From: Selaginella moellendorffii
Lineage: Eukaryota; Plantae; Lycopodiophyta
Assembly: GCF_000143415.4 (NCBI RefSeq)
Contig: NW_003314301.1
Span: forward strand, 1,103,333-1,167,332
Length of the DNA: 64,000 nucleotides
Reading direction: 5' to 3'
Positions 25,401-39,080 of the stretch are shown here, in pieces. How positions within the stretch are numbered: the stretch's first letter is position 1; every line of letters starts with the position of its first letter. A program made the position numbers and the translations under genes. Under the pieces are notes generated by a model. It did no database searches. It saw only the letters and a program-made list of their open reading frames with translations, and was not told the origin of the DNA.

Positions 25401-27700
25401 CGCTACTGAAACATCATGATGTTCCTGTAGAAATAGTTGTCACAAATCCTTGGAAAGAAGATACAATCTTTCTTGCTTATAGAAAATAAGCCCATCTTGA
25501 ACTAAGAAGTGAAGCTTTACATTGGCATGACTAGCAACTTTCATTGCTTCGCTACTAAGTTTTACTTCACCAAATTTGCATGGTGCAAGATTGCCTTCTC
25601 CAATGGATCACTTCCATATAAAGCTTGAATATCTTCCAACTAGTCTGAATTGATTGCCGACATTTCTTAGAACTAAGCCTGACAACTCAATGCATCTGGA
25701 ACAATATTGTTTTTACCAGGTTTATAGATGATTTCAATATCAAATCTAGCAAGCTTTTCTTGCCAACGTGTCTACTTCGGCATAAACTTTGGCTATGTAG
25801 CAAAGTAGCTCAATGTGTTATTATCCATATAAACCTTGGTATGTCCACCCAAATAGTGTCTCTAGTGTTCCAATGCCAACACTATAGCAAATGTCTCTTT
25901 CTTGTACATTGGCTATTTTCATTAGGTCTCATCCAATTTCTTGAAATAAAATGCAATAGGACAATTGTATTGTCTTAGTGTAACACCAACTGCATTATCA
26001 TAATATTGCTGCAACATGGCACCTATAGCATAACCAGATGCATCACAATGCACTTCGAAGTGTTTATCAAGATTTGGGATCTTGAGAATAAGAACTATAG
26101 TCAAGATCTCCTTTAACCATACAAAAACACACTGACAAGTTAGTGTTTAATAAAACAGTATACTACTCTTTGTTAACTCAGTCAATGAAAGAGCAATTCT
26201 TGCAAAATTGTGAAAAAACTTGCAATAGTATCCCGTCAAACCAAGAAAGGAACGAAAAACTAATATAGTGGTTGGGAATTCTTAGGACTTCATCATTTTC
26301 ACCTTCTTTTGATCCACTTCAATTACACCACCACCAACTATATGTCCAAGAAAGTTCATGTGAAATTGTACAAAAGCACATATACTTTCTTTAGCATATA
26401 GTTTGTGTTCATGCAACTTCTAAAACACCAGTTCCAATTGTTTCAAATGATCCTCCAAGGTTTCATTAAAGACTAGAACATTGTCAATATATAGGATAAC
26501 AAATGCGTCCAAATAATCTCTGAATATTCTATCCATTATTGCGTTGAATGTTGTTAGAGCATTATATAACCCAAACGGCATGACAAGGAATTCATAGGAT
26601 CTGTATTGAGTCTTAAAGGCTGTCTTTTCCACATCTTAATGTGCCACCTGTATCTGATGATACCCGAACTGCAAATCAAATTGCATAAAGAGTTTAAGCC
26701 AAAGTACTTTTTACATACAGTCCCTTTGATATACTTGTTGAAGAAATCTATACCAAACACCATTTGAAAATCTGGTATCTTCAACATTTCTAAGTCCAAA
26801 ACTGTATGGGTAATATCTGTTTTTAATCCTAACAACTCTACTAAGTCTTTAGATGTCACGCTATACATAGCTCCTATGTCAATCATTACTTGGATTCAGT
26901 GTCCGTGGACAAAGCCTACTAGATACATCAATGGATCAGTGTTTGCATTAACTGCAAGAAAAATTTAAGGAAAGTAACAAAAGTAATTCACCTCCTCTTC
27001 CTCATAGTCTGCATTGACCAACTCGTCAACCCCTTCAGCTTCACCACCACTATCTTCCCTCATAACATTAACACAAGATTTTGTCTTATGCTTGTTAGGA
27101 CATTCTGAGGACTTATGTCCTACCTCTCCACAATGGAAACAATGACCCACACTATCTATTCTGCTAGGACCAGGTTTCATAAATTGTTGTTATTTGTATC
27201 CACCAAGAAGAAAAACAAAGGATCTAGGACTAAAAGAAGCTGCTAGTGGTCGCTAACCACCACCTATATTAACTATTGTTTATGAGCCTCTAGGGTGGAA
27301 TTTTTCTTCCACCCTTTGTTTTCAATCACCTTGTTTATTCCCAAAGTTCTTATTCTTGTTTGAGGTACCAGCATACTGCTGCTAATATTGTTCTATGAAG
27401 GAGTGATTGAAAGAAACTAAGTCTTGGTATGTTCCCTTCTTACACTCTATGAAAATTTACTAAATATGAAATGGCACTAGATTGGCCCGTATCTATTTCC
27501 TTGTCTGTTTTAATGTGCTAACGTTTCTTTTACAACAGCCAGTTTGTACTTTATCTTGGATTGTAACCATCTAAGAGTTCCAGCCAACTTTTCACATGCA
27601 AATCTGTATGATGGATTTGAATGAGTTCCTGGTTGCTAAGGCTACCTCTTTTGTGGTCCTAGTAGCATTATAGTACATTATAGTGTACTTGGATTCAGGC
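19478..27700 (-). mobile_element. Degenerate chromovirus-type Ty3/Gypsy (same family as 33373-53136), interrupted by the 19693-24597 element
   Basis: Gag knuckle CFHCGEVGHKSSEC, protease, RT (KTAFKTQY...MPFGL...YIDNVLVF), RNase H (HCDASGYAIGA), integrase; the joined empty site reads YLVKWKGYPSCEST (chromodomain). Confidence 0.85.
19693..24597 (+). mobile_element. Structurally complete Ty3/Gypsy LTR retrotransposon (4.9 kb) with premature stops
   Basis: 233-bp LTRs at 19693-19925 and 24365-24597; TSD GATAA on both sides; PBS TGGTATCAGAG; PPT GGGGGGGAAGAA; order gag (CHHCGELGHYKADC), PR (LLDSGS), RT, RNase H, IN (HPQTDGQTER). Confidence 0.97.
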
Positions 27701-27759
27701 AAGTTCCCAACAGATTCCTTACAAGCGCAACAAAAGGCATTGAAGATTCGAGTGCAGGA

Positions 27760-28900
27760 GTTTTGCCTTCTTGACGGACATCTTTGCACCATAGCTACTT
27801 TTGGCCTCAAATTCACCAGCATATCTTAGACTATGCAAATGTGAGACACAAATCCGTAAGCCCCAAAGTGGAGCCAAAAGGGTGCCACATGGTGGTGGTC
27901 GAAGTGGAAGTCCAATAAGTGTAATATGTTTGAACCAAAGACTCCAACTTGGAAAGTTGAGAGTGGGAGTGGAATTCCAAACAAAGTGCTCGAGAATTGA
28001 ACACAAAACATTTAGTGAATGAATTTCTAAAAAGGGACACAAGAAGGATTGACACATGGCAAATGTCATGATGTATGGAAGTGTTAGGAATGAGTCCAAA
28101 AAAGAGTCCAAGAAGGAGTTTGAGATGGAGTTTGATATAAACTTGAGATGGACCCAAGATGGAGTCTGAGATGGAGTCCGATATAGACTCAAGATGGAGT
28201 CCAAGATGGACCCGAGATGGTGTCCAAGATGGAGCTAAAATGGAGTCCAAAATGGACTTGAAATGGAGTTTGAGATGGACCTAAGTTGAAGTCTAAGATC
28301 AAGTTCGAGACGGAGACCGAGATGGAGTCAAAGGTCAAGACCCAAGATAGAGTCTGAGGTCAAGACTCGAGATGGAGTCCAAGGTTGAGGTCGAGGCCGA
28401 AACTAAGACCGAGACCGAGTCTGAGACTGAGCCCAAGACAGAATTCGAGTTTGAGTTTGAGTCCAAGTTCGAGGGTGAAAGCCATAGCGATCATCTCTTA
28501 GACCCTAGGGGGTTTGGTGAGCTCCAAAAATATAGTAAGAGGAGGACTCCAATGGAGCTAGTTTAGCTAGAAAATGCTAGTGTGACCAAAGAAGGTTATA
28601 CCCATGTGTTGGGTGATGATATAACCATTAAAAAGTCCAAGGCTAGAGTGAATACAGACACATAAACAGGGTAGTTTGGTAAAGTGTTTAAAAGTTAACT
28701 TTAACTCCCTTAGGAGATTGAATGGTCGATGCTCCCAATCCAAATGTGGATGGCACTACCTACTTGGATATCACATGGCTCATCAAAACCTCATTCTAGC
28801 CACATGGTTAGGGCATCTAAGGGCAAGAGGTGGGGAGAGTACCCACAAGGTTCGTGTAGAGTTATGGTGTTTCAAAATGTCTTCCCAAAATCCCAGACTA
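27760..28900. repeat. Interspersed repeat with a degenerate 6/12-bp tandem tract (GAGTCC/AAGATG-type, about 28090-28470); related copy at about 62545-63300
   Basis: Shared CCCAAAGTGGAGC...GACACATGGCAAATGTCAT...GCTCCCAATCCAA segments in both copies. Confidence 0.7.
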
Positions 28901-29449
28901 TAGAAAGGAAAAGGAATAATCCTTTAGTGTAATGACGAAGAATGTGGTCACATGGTGAGGAAGTCCTAGAAGTTAGTGGGACTTAATGGTTGGGCCTTTA
29001 AGCCTTGACCCAATGGCAATATTAATGAGCATGGCCATGGATGGAGAGGGATTTGGTGGGAACAGAATAAGGGACATTAGGGAAGGGTGTTCCTCACATC
29101 TCCAGACATCCTAAGGGCTAAGGTGTGGTCAAAGGATGACCACTCATGTATGAATGGCCCAGTCTTTTGAGAGACGTGATTATGATGTAGGTGGTTTTGG
29201 ACTACTGATGTGATAAGGGTGAATGGGTATAGGCTTAGCATTACAGACTGATATATCAATGGTGTCAATCATGGGATTAAACATGTAGAACACTTGGACC
29301 AAGTGCAAAGGCTGAGTGGCATAGATGTTATTCATGGGGCTAGCATGTCCCCAAGTCAGGAATAAAACTTATGGAGTTTGGGAATAAAACTCCTCCAAGT
29401 GGTCAAAAGTGGGGTTAAGTGGCTAAAGTAGAATGGAAAAAATTAGTCA

Positions 29450-31700
29450 CTTACAGCAAAGGTATGTAAACAATGCCAACAGTTCAATTCAAAGCTATGT
29501 TCAATGCCTTCCTTTCCAGCTTGTCACTTCTCTAGGTCTCTGTTTTTAGTGGGGACTTGACTTTGTTAGCCCGATCAACCCATCAAGCTCAAAAGGATAG
29601 CAATATATCATGGTTGTAATGGACTACTTCACAAAGTGGTTGAGGCCATTCCTCTGCAACAAGTAGATTAACAGTCTACAACAAAGTTTATTTATGAGTA
29701 CATTGTTTACCGATTTGGAGTTCTTGCAGTTTTGATTTCCAGTCGTGGCAGCAACTTCCTTGGACAGGTGATGTAACATCTCTTCCAGCAGCTGCAAGTC
29801 AAGCACATGAAGAGCAGCAGCTACTATCTTGAGTGCAATGGCTAGGCAAAGTCCAGCAATAAGATATTGAAGACCATCATTTCAAAGTTTGTGGAAGATC
29901 ACCCAAGGCATTGGCATGAGCATTTGGTTATGCTATTGTGGGCCTTTCAAACATCCTTCAAGACATTCATCTCTATGAGCCCATTCTCTCTTGTCTATAG
30001 GACAGAGGTTGTGCTTTTAGTGGAGATTCAGATGCCATTGCTCTCACTTTCACTTTGATATGCAGCAGAGATGCAACTTAGCAATGAGGACAAGCTTCAT
30101 GTATGTGATTTGGAGGTTCTTGCCTTGGAAGAATAGCGAAAAGCCATGACTAAACATCTTCTTTGAGGTAAGCAAAAGATCAAGTTAGTTATTGATCACC
30201 AGCAGTCAGTTGAACTAGTCAAGGATAGCAATATTGTTCTACTCAAGGAGTTCATGCCACCTTCAAAGTTTTCTCCTCACTGGACCGGCCTTTACTTTGT
30301 CCAACGATACATTAGAAGTGGAGCATATATGCTAGTAGATACCAATAGACATGAGCTCCCACACACTTACAATCACTTTCACCTCAAACGCTTCATTCAA
30401 TGAGGTGTTCCTTTTTGCTTCTTTTTCATTTACTTCCTATCTTTCACTTTACTGTCACAGTTTCTTTTTTTATTTTTAGAGGGTGTTTCTCCATTGGACT
30501 ATAACTTTTGCCTTGGATTTCATGCTCAAGTTGCATTACCATTTGTATAGAAATTTTTCACTTGGCTCAGGCTATGTTCTAGGTTATTTGGCCCTTCCCT
30601 TACTATTACTCTACCCCACACATTCCCCCACCCATTCTATATCATCTACACTCACAGATCCACCACCAATCATTTTTAGTAGCATTTTCTACACTTACTT
30701 CCAAATGCCCGTCTTGCATCTTCCATTCTTTCACCATTGTCCACATAGATCATATTTACTCCATACCATGGACACAAATACACACACCGGTAGCAAAAAA
30801 CATCACCTCATTTAAACATGTTGTTTTCAAAATATCATTATGACCATTTGCTGATGACGTGCTAGCTTTTCTGGAGTGACTTTCTTTCAACCAGGTGAAC
30901 CCATTCACTCAAAGCACCTAGGTGGATTTTTAGGCAAGGCCATAGAAGTTGAAGCCACTTTCTCCTGCTCTAGCACTCAGTGGACATATACCACCTATCT
31001 TTACCAGCAATTCAGCGATTATGTCATCCTTTTTTGTTGTGGTTTTCTTTAGTCTGACATATCAGACCATAGGTTTGACACTTTTAGAGATGGCCACCTT
31101 CTCAAAGTGCCACCACCATCTTGGCACTCCACCATATCACTCCATCTTTCATCATTTTTACACTTCCCACCCTTGGGTAATGCATTCCCTCTTCTACCTC
31201 TCTTTCTTTCTCGATTCGGCCAATCCTTACTTGAAGTCATCATGAGGCAATATTTGCATATTACACTTTCTTAAGGCAAAATTCAGGTACAGGTCTTTGG
31301 GTTCTCACTTTTTTTACTTTTATTTTCTTTCTTTTTTCACACAGTTTGACTATAGAGATTTCTATTGGGTTTTCCTCTCTATCTTCAAACTTCACCCCTA
31401 CCCCTTTTCTGTCTTTTTCCATTTTATTTTCCAGAGTTTCTACTAGTTCACGCAGTGACCAAGACTTGGCATCAGCAGTAGAGGTACACTCTACACTTTT
31501 TGGGGGGTTCTTATGCATCTAGAGCTAGCAAGATCCACTGTGATCGCATACTAGAGCATGTGTGAGAGAGGGAGAATATTCCAATTCTTAGAATATTCTT
31601 TATCTTCCTAATATAAAACCCTTGCCCCAAAAGGGCAAAGGGGGGGCATTTGTGGAGAGTATTAGAGCATTTTTTCGTATTTGAGCAAGTGTTGGGGGAG
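29450..31700 (+). mobile_element. Degenerate Gypsy integrase remnant and 3' region (non-chromovirus type), with PPT near 31630-31650
   Basis: Broken frames WGLDFV..., VMDYFTKW, WHEHLVMLLWAFQTSFKT, SPFSLVY, WTGLYFV; AAGGGCAAAGGGGGGGC followed by TG. Confidence 0.65.
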
Positions 31701-32720
31701 TGCCCTTCCTCCCCCCAACAACTATTTGAAAGTAATTTTACCTTTAATAGACCAAATGAGAAAAAAAAAGATGGTATAAACAGTGGAATATGAAGTGGCG
31801 TTTGTCCACTTCAAAGGAAAATTGAGGAAGGCTCTTATGTTGGTACTACCAAACTTTGGTAAAAACTTTGAGGTAGAAATGAATGCTTTAGATTTTGTAT
31901 TGGGCACAATTTTGAAGCAAGACAACTATCCAATGGCATTCTTCTTAAAATAGTTAGATAAGGCTCAACAAAAGTGCTCAAAAGAAAATATCATTAGCTA
32001 GAATGGCTAAAGATGTTCAAAACTATGTAAAAACATACCTAATATATTAGACGTGTTCCTCCCATATCCCGTCCAAATGGATTAAGATATCATTGATGAA
32101 ATCAGCAGTCACCTCCGGTATATTGCAAAGAACCTCATCCATCATTTGCTAGAAAGTCGCTGGAGCATTATTCAACCAAACAGCATCACCAAGAACTCAT
32201 ATAAAGAAAATGGTGTACGAAAAGTAATATTCTTCGGCCATCAGTATTTGCTAGTACCCAGAAGTAAGATCTAGCTTGGTGAACCAACTACTTCTCCCCA
32301 GACGATCTAAGAGATTAGTAGTGTGAGGAAGAAGGTACATATTCAGGATTGTCACTTTGTTTAACGGAAGATAGTTGATGCAGAAATGAATATTTCCATC
32401 AAACTTCATTGTAAGATGAAGTTCACATGCCCAAGGATTTTGCAAATTTCAAATAACACCTTTTTTCAATATCTCCTTGATGTTTGCATGTAGAATCTTG
32501 ATCTCTTTGGGTGATTAATGATGAATAGGAACTTTGATTGGACGAGCATCCCCAGTTGGAATTGGATGATATATGGCAATCTTAGCCCCAGACAATAGGT
32601 CAAATTGAAAGAGATCAACATATTCTTTCATAAGTGAGTTAATTGTTACAACACAAAAACCATTAGAGGGATCAGAAAAGGAAAGAGCGGAACAAGACAA
32701 CAATATAGAAGGATGTAATC
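31700..32720. mobile_element. Gypsy RT/RNase H fragments on both strands
   Basis: Minus strand: FCINYLPLNKVT...LPHTTNLLDRLGRSSWFTKLDLTSGY; plus strand: RNase H-like FEVEMNALDFVLGTIL. Confidence 0.65.
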
Positions 32721-35700
32721 GGGAGACAAAAGTAATGGAAGTAGAGGTAAAAACATAGGGACGAAGAGGTACGGAAGTGAGAAGAATGGATGAAATATAA
32801 GGAAGTATGAGACAAGGGGATAAAGTCTCAAAATCACATTTAATATGATTATGTTACAATTAATCTATACCAAAAATGAGGTCAAAAGCTTGACTCAGCA
32901 TCACCCGCAATGACTACAATTCAAACTCGAGAATGCCCATATGCACAACTAAGTCTGCCTCATCCCATGCATATGCATATGTACGGTTGTTGCCATAAAG
33001 AATGAAAACTGGTTTTGCCACACAACGTAAATGTAGATGGCAATATGTGGCAATAGGTCAAGCAATAGAAGATAAACTCGAACTTGTATGTAAGCTTTTG
33101 AATTTAAACTTCCTGGGAGGTCACCCAACCTAATATTATTCAAACCCAAGGATGCCTAACCCCAAATATCCCAAGGCCTTTAACCAATTGGAAAAGGGGG
33201 TGCACTCTTATTCATGGGCCCTTTCCCTTTATATTTGAACCTCATAGATCGTCTCTCGAATAATTCCCTTTAGTTGCTTACAATTCACCATGCTTCCTTG
33301 TAAGTTCACGCCCTCGTGAACGAAAGCTGAGAGCCACAGCTCTCCCAAGAACCCTGTTCTCTTAACACCCTATGTAGCGCACATGAATTTGGAGCCATAC
33401 TTCAATCCCATTGCGTTACGAACAAGGATCTGGTACAATCCCACGAGCACCAGCTCCCCGTATCCAGCACCTGCACATAAAATGGTGTCAGACGGAGTCT
33501 GACACAATTTTGGCATACCGGTGGCCTAACGCGAGGAGGGTACTCCACCGACTAGAGTAGCGTGGAGCTTGGGCTTAGACCCAAGCCGGATGCAAAACAA
33601 GGAGCAACACAGCCCAGCAGGAGTCAAACTAATGTCTCAGGTGGTCGGACATGCATTCCAACCACTATCCCTACTATACATTTGGAACCCCCCACATCCC
33701 CCCCCCCCCTCTTTGAGGAACACACGCTTTGGGCTTTCACCCCAAGCCTCCCTTAGTACCAGGAGTTAGTCTCTGGGACAAACTCGAAACTTACTAAATA
33801 TGGAATGTCTTTAGATTGAGAATTTGAACACGGGACGAACACCATTGTGTTTAGGCTGATCTCTACATTCTATAGATATGCTAAATGAGCGAATCTAGAC
33901 ACTTTCCATAAATAGCATATGGGACCAAAATGAGACCAACACTAAGGGCATGATAGTAAGGGTGTTTAGCAGACACGGTAAGCTATCATTTAGTGATATT
34001 GAGGGACTAGTCTCAATACGTAGGGGTTCTTGATACTAGCAAGTGCAAGCTAATGACACGAGTTTCTCAAACCAGGCCGAGTATGCTCAACAAGAAACAC
34101 ATAAGGTTCCTACCTTATGTTTATCCGATTTAAGTACATGGTCATTGACTAGTTTCTCAACTAGCTCAAGTGGGAACAATAAAGGGAACCAACTGTACTG
34201 ACCTTCTACCGACATGGCAGTAAGGAAAGAGTGTCTATAAGGACTAGCCAACAAGTATCTTTCGACACCTGAAGTCACATTCGCGACACTCTCCCCCCCT
34301 TGGGGAAGATTGACGTCCTAGTCGATGTATACCTGAGTCTAGCAAACTGTCAAGGAAAAAATTTCGAAAGTTAACGGAAAGCACACTATGTGGGAAATAG
34401 ACTGACTTAAATGAGTTATGGAATGACCTCTCCTCTACGTCCAAAGACGTTAAGACTCAGACACCCTTTGGCCGTTGCCGATAAGGAAATGACTAATGGA
34501 GTTAGCCACCCTTGCTGCTTTGAGTACCACTCGGCTTACAAAGGAATGATACATCCCTGCCTACAGGGACATAGGGAGAAGGCCAAAGGCCCAACTGCCC
34601 TTGAGCAAGAAATCAACCCCGTCGAGAAGATTTAGACAACTATTATAAACTGGCAGATTAAGTTGTTTACACGACCACTCCCTTTTTCGAAAATGAGTCA
34701 TTGAGAGAGAGGCGGGGGCTTGTGATTAGTCTATAATAGTTATCCCCATGATTATAGATTGGACCCATGCACCGAAGTGCCAAAGTCAACTTGCCAAAAC
34801 TGACCCAAGTACGAATGAATGAAAGAAATGACACTTTGATTGATAGAAATATATTACTTTATTGATTTGCAAGATTTATTACAAGGTTTTTACAAAAATT
34901 AGTCTTTATTACTATTCTCATACTCCGTGACAAGCTCACGAGCATGTGTAAGATTCCTAAGAGGTTCCTAAGTTAATTCACAAGTTGGGTAACCTTTCCA
35001 CTTAACTAGATATTCCTTGGAATGACCACCATGAGCTTTGCGAGACAAGAGAATCACTTTGACCTCATACTCCATGTCACCATTCACAACATCCGGAGGG
35101 GGACGAATGTCCACAGAGCGATCCGCAGCAACATGATATGGTGCCAGTAAACTGAAATGAAACACATCATTTACATTGGACAACTCATCCGGAAGATCCA
35201 ACTTATAGGATACATCACCAACTTGCTTCACCACCCGATAGGATCCAACATATCTAGGCAATAACTTCCGAGATAAACATCCTTTAATGTTCAAGTTCTG
35301 GAAAGATAGCCACACTTGATCTCCCACTTGATAGGATATATCTTGACGATGCTGATCCTTATCATGTCAATACCTATCTTGAGTTTTGCCCATCGCCTCA
35401 GTAGCCCTAGACCAACCTTGGCGTAGCTGCTCCGCATAAGTCTCAACAGCCAGGACCAACATTTTGGATATAGGTTTCGGTACAACGATCTGTTGAGGAA
35501 CCCCACGAGCATTCCCTTGCAGCATCTCCCATGGAGAACAGTCTATAGCACTGTGAAATGTGTTGTTATAACATATTTCTACTGTATCTAAATGCTCAAC
35601 CCAATCGCGTTGGTCTGCCGTAACATAGTACCGCAAATAATCCTCAACTTGAGCATTCACGCATTCGGTCTGCCCATCAGTCTGAGGATGATAAGCTGTA

Positions 35701-38111
35701 CTAAATTTTAGCTTGGTACCAAACAGCTGGAACAATGTGCCCCAAAACTTCCCCGTAAACCTTGAATCCCTATCCGAGATCATCTCTTCGAGAAGACCAC
35801 GAACCCGCACGACTTCATGAAAAAAGAGCTTTGCTGCTTGTTTCACATTCACTATTCCCATAATTGGAATGAAGTGTGCAATCTTTGACAATCAATCCAC
35901 AACCACCATCAAAGTATCATAACCCTTAGACTTTGGCAAGCAAGTGACGAAATCAAGTGTCACACTTTGAAATGGCCATACTGGTGCTGGAATGCACTGC
36001 AACTTTCTAGCTTGCTTCTTAGTTTTATGCTTACATTGCTAGCATATAGAGCAGGAACGGACATAATCCGCTATATCACCTTCCATACCAGACTAGAAAA
36101 ATCCCTTTTTCAATGAAGCCAGAGTCTTTCGCTGTCCACCATGTCCCGCTGCTGGAACATCATGATGTTCCTGCAGAAACAACTGTTGTAGATCCTTAGA
36201 GGGAAGATACAATCTTTCTTGTTTATAGAATATAAGCCCATCCCGAACCAAGAAGTGAAGCTTTGCATTGGTGCGGTTAGCAACTTTTGCTGCCTCGCTA
36301 TCAGAGTTCTACTTCGACAACTCTGCACGGCATAAGATTGCTTTCGCCAATGAATCACTTCCATACGAAGCCCAAACGTCCTCCAACCAGTCCAAACTGA
36401 TTGCCGATATTGCCCAAAACTAAGCTTGACGATTGAACGCATCCGGAACAATATTGTCTTTACCAGGTTTATATATGATTTCAATATCATATCTAGAAAG
36501 CTTCTCTTGCCAACGAGTCTGCTTTGGTGTAAGCTTAGGCTGCGTAGCAAAGTAGCTTAGTGTGTTACTATCCGTATAAACCTTGGTATGTCCACCCAAG
36601 TAGTGTCTCTAGTGTTCCAGGGCCGACACTATAGCAAACATCTCTTTCTCATGTGTTGGCCATCTTTGTTGGGTCTCATCCAATTTCTTGGAATAAAACA
36701 CAACGGGACAACCATGTCACCTTAGTGTAACACCAACTGCTTTGTCACAATCTTGTTGTAACACGGCACCAATAGCATAACGAAATGCATCACAATGCAC
36801 TTCGAAGGGTTTATCAAGATCTGGGATCCTGAGAACAAGAACTGTAGTCAAGATCTCCTTCAACCATACAAAAGCACGCTAACAAGCTAGTGCCTAGTGA
36901 AACGGAATATTACTCTTCATCAACTCAGTCAACGGAAGAGTAATTCTTGCAAAATTGCAAACAAACTTGCAATAGTATCCCACCAAACCGAGAAAGGAAC
37001 GAATATCTGATACAGTAGTTGGAACTTCCCAGGACTTCACTACTTCCACCTTCTTTGGATCGACCTCAATTACGCCAGCACTAACTATATGTCCGAGAAA
37101 GTTTACGTGCAATTGTCCAAAAGCACATTTACTTTCCTTAGCATACAGTTTGTGTTCGCGCAACTTCTGAAACACCAGCTCCAAGTGTTTCAAATGATCC
37201 TCCAACGTTTTGCTAAATACTAGAACATCGTCGATGTATAGGACAACAAATGTGTCCAAATAATCTCTGAATATTCTATCCATCATAGTGTTGAACGTTG
37301 CCGGAGCATTGCATAACCCGAACAGCATGACAAGGAACTCATAAGATCCATACCAATCCTTAAAGGCTGTCTTCTCCACATCCTGATTTGCCACCTGTAT
37401 CTAATGATATCCGGACTGCAAATCAAGTCACGTAAAATACTTAGCCTTTAAAAGCTCTATTTCGTTAAAGTGGGATTTATTCAGTAAAATGGGACTAGGT
37501 ACAAATTTTCAAGTATTTGAAAATGACGTGAAATTATATGTTTTTTGTCCAGGGGCTAGACATATCTGGGGCATGGTGACTAGCGCGGTGACCTTATGTC
37601 CAGACTGAGTCCATCTAGTTGTATAATAAATCTCATTGTCAAGGTGAACAAGCCGAATCTGAAGCTAAAGAAGAGCGATGGCATGCGCGCACACACTATT
37701 TGTTTGTTCATTGAGCGTGTGGTGAGCTTTCCAAGATGAATATCATTCCTATTAGCCAGACATATAACTTAATGGTGAGAACATTTAGATATTATTCAAT
37801 GTTATCTTTTTCTAACGAATCTAATTGTGAAGGTGTAGCAAGAGGCATTGCTAGTCTGGAGAAGTCATTTAACTCATTTGACCCTTAGTGTATTTTCATG
37901 AAACTAAATAACATTCATATTATTAAGGAATTTCTCTAGTACCTTTTTTTTACGACATAGAGGCTTGCATTTCTTTCAAAGGTGATTTAGTAAAAGGCCT
38001 GAGGGCACATGCCATTCTATTTCTCATACCAGTATTAAGATATACTAGTGCAAAGGGAAAAAGGTATTTGGTGATCAAGTAAATGGCATGAGGGCACACG
38101 CCATTATAAGC

Positions 38112-38369
38112 CTAAGCGCTAGTGGACACCTCCTTTTTGGTACTCTCAGCGGTACTATCATCCTTCTCCGGGTCAGTTGTTTTGCTTTGGATTGTTGTCT
38201 CTGACGTTACTGGGGCGTTCTCGATAGTTGTTAATGTTGCCGTTTGTTCAGAAAAATGATCACCTGGAGTATAGTACGGGGAGTTTGGAAGACTTATATA
38301 TTCTACATCTTCACCTATCTCCTTCTCCGTCTCCTTTTCTGCCTCACTTACAGATTTTGTGCTTGCCAT
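38112..38369 (-). CDS. Possible small acidic, Thr/Ser-rich ORF inside the transposon
   Basis: MASTKSVSEAEKETEKEIGEDVEY...; coding-like composition in an otherwise AT-rich region; no recognisable domain. Confidence 0.3.
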   Translation of the reverse strand: MASTKSVSEAEKETEKEIGEDVEYISLPNSPYYTPGDHFSEQTATLTTIENAPVTSETTIQSKTTDPEKDDSTAESTKKEVSTSA

Positions 38370-39080
38370 GAGAACGCTCTTCACCCTAAAATATGGAGTT
38401 CGTTGTGTTATAAAAGGAAACCAACACACACGCTGCAAGGGAATGATGGTACATAAAGCACGTAAGCCCACAATATGGGTTTATGTGCCATTAATATGGG
38501 CCACACGCCATATTATTAGATTTATGCACGTGTGATTGGTAAATGCATATGTCACATCATCTTTGTTTTACCTCACACACTATATCAGGCCTAATGAACC
38601 ATATCACATGTGTGCACATGCTATATATATGGAGAAGTATTATGCAAGGATAGAAATTCAATGCATGATTGTGGAGAGCAATGGCATGAAGCCACATGCT
38701 AAATAACATTTTAGAGAAAGAATTAAAATAAAAACATGCAAACAGTACTAAGTGGACCAAGACTTAGAAGTGCACAATTGAATGAGGTATTTCTAATAAA
38801 TACTTCACTCACCTCATATAGGAATGGCTACCACTCTCAAATGGCGTATCGCCTCATGCCATCACCTCGCAATTTGTTATAACAATCCGATGAATTCATA
38901 TTCGGCTTGTTCACCTTGAACTTTAAGTAAGATTTGCTAGAACAACTAAGAATTTATACTTGTTATTTGTATCATCTCACCTAGGAATGGCGTAAGGCCA
39001 CATGCCATCACGCCTTCTCTGATTCAGATTCAGATTGTTCACCTTGAAATAAAATACATTAGAAACTTAGTAAAGGAATA

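Noticed and set aside
27719-28566. Repetitive ORFs (MESKVEVEAETK..., also 62599-62977)
   Set aside because: They are products of a degenerate 6/12-bp tandem tract, and the frames are not conserved between the two copies.
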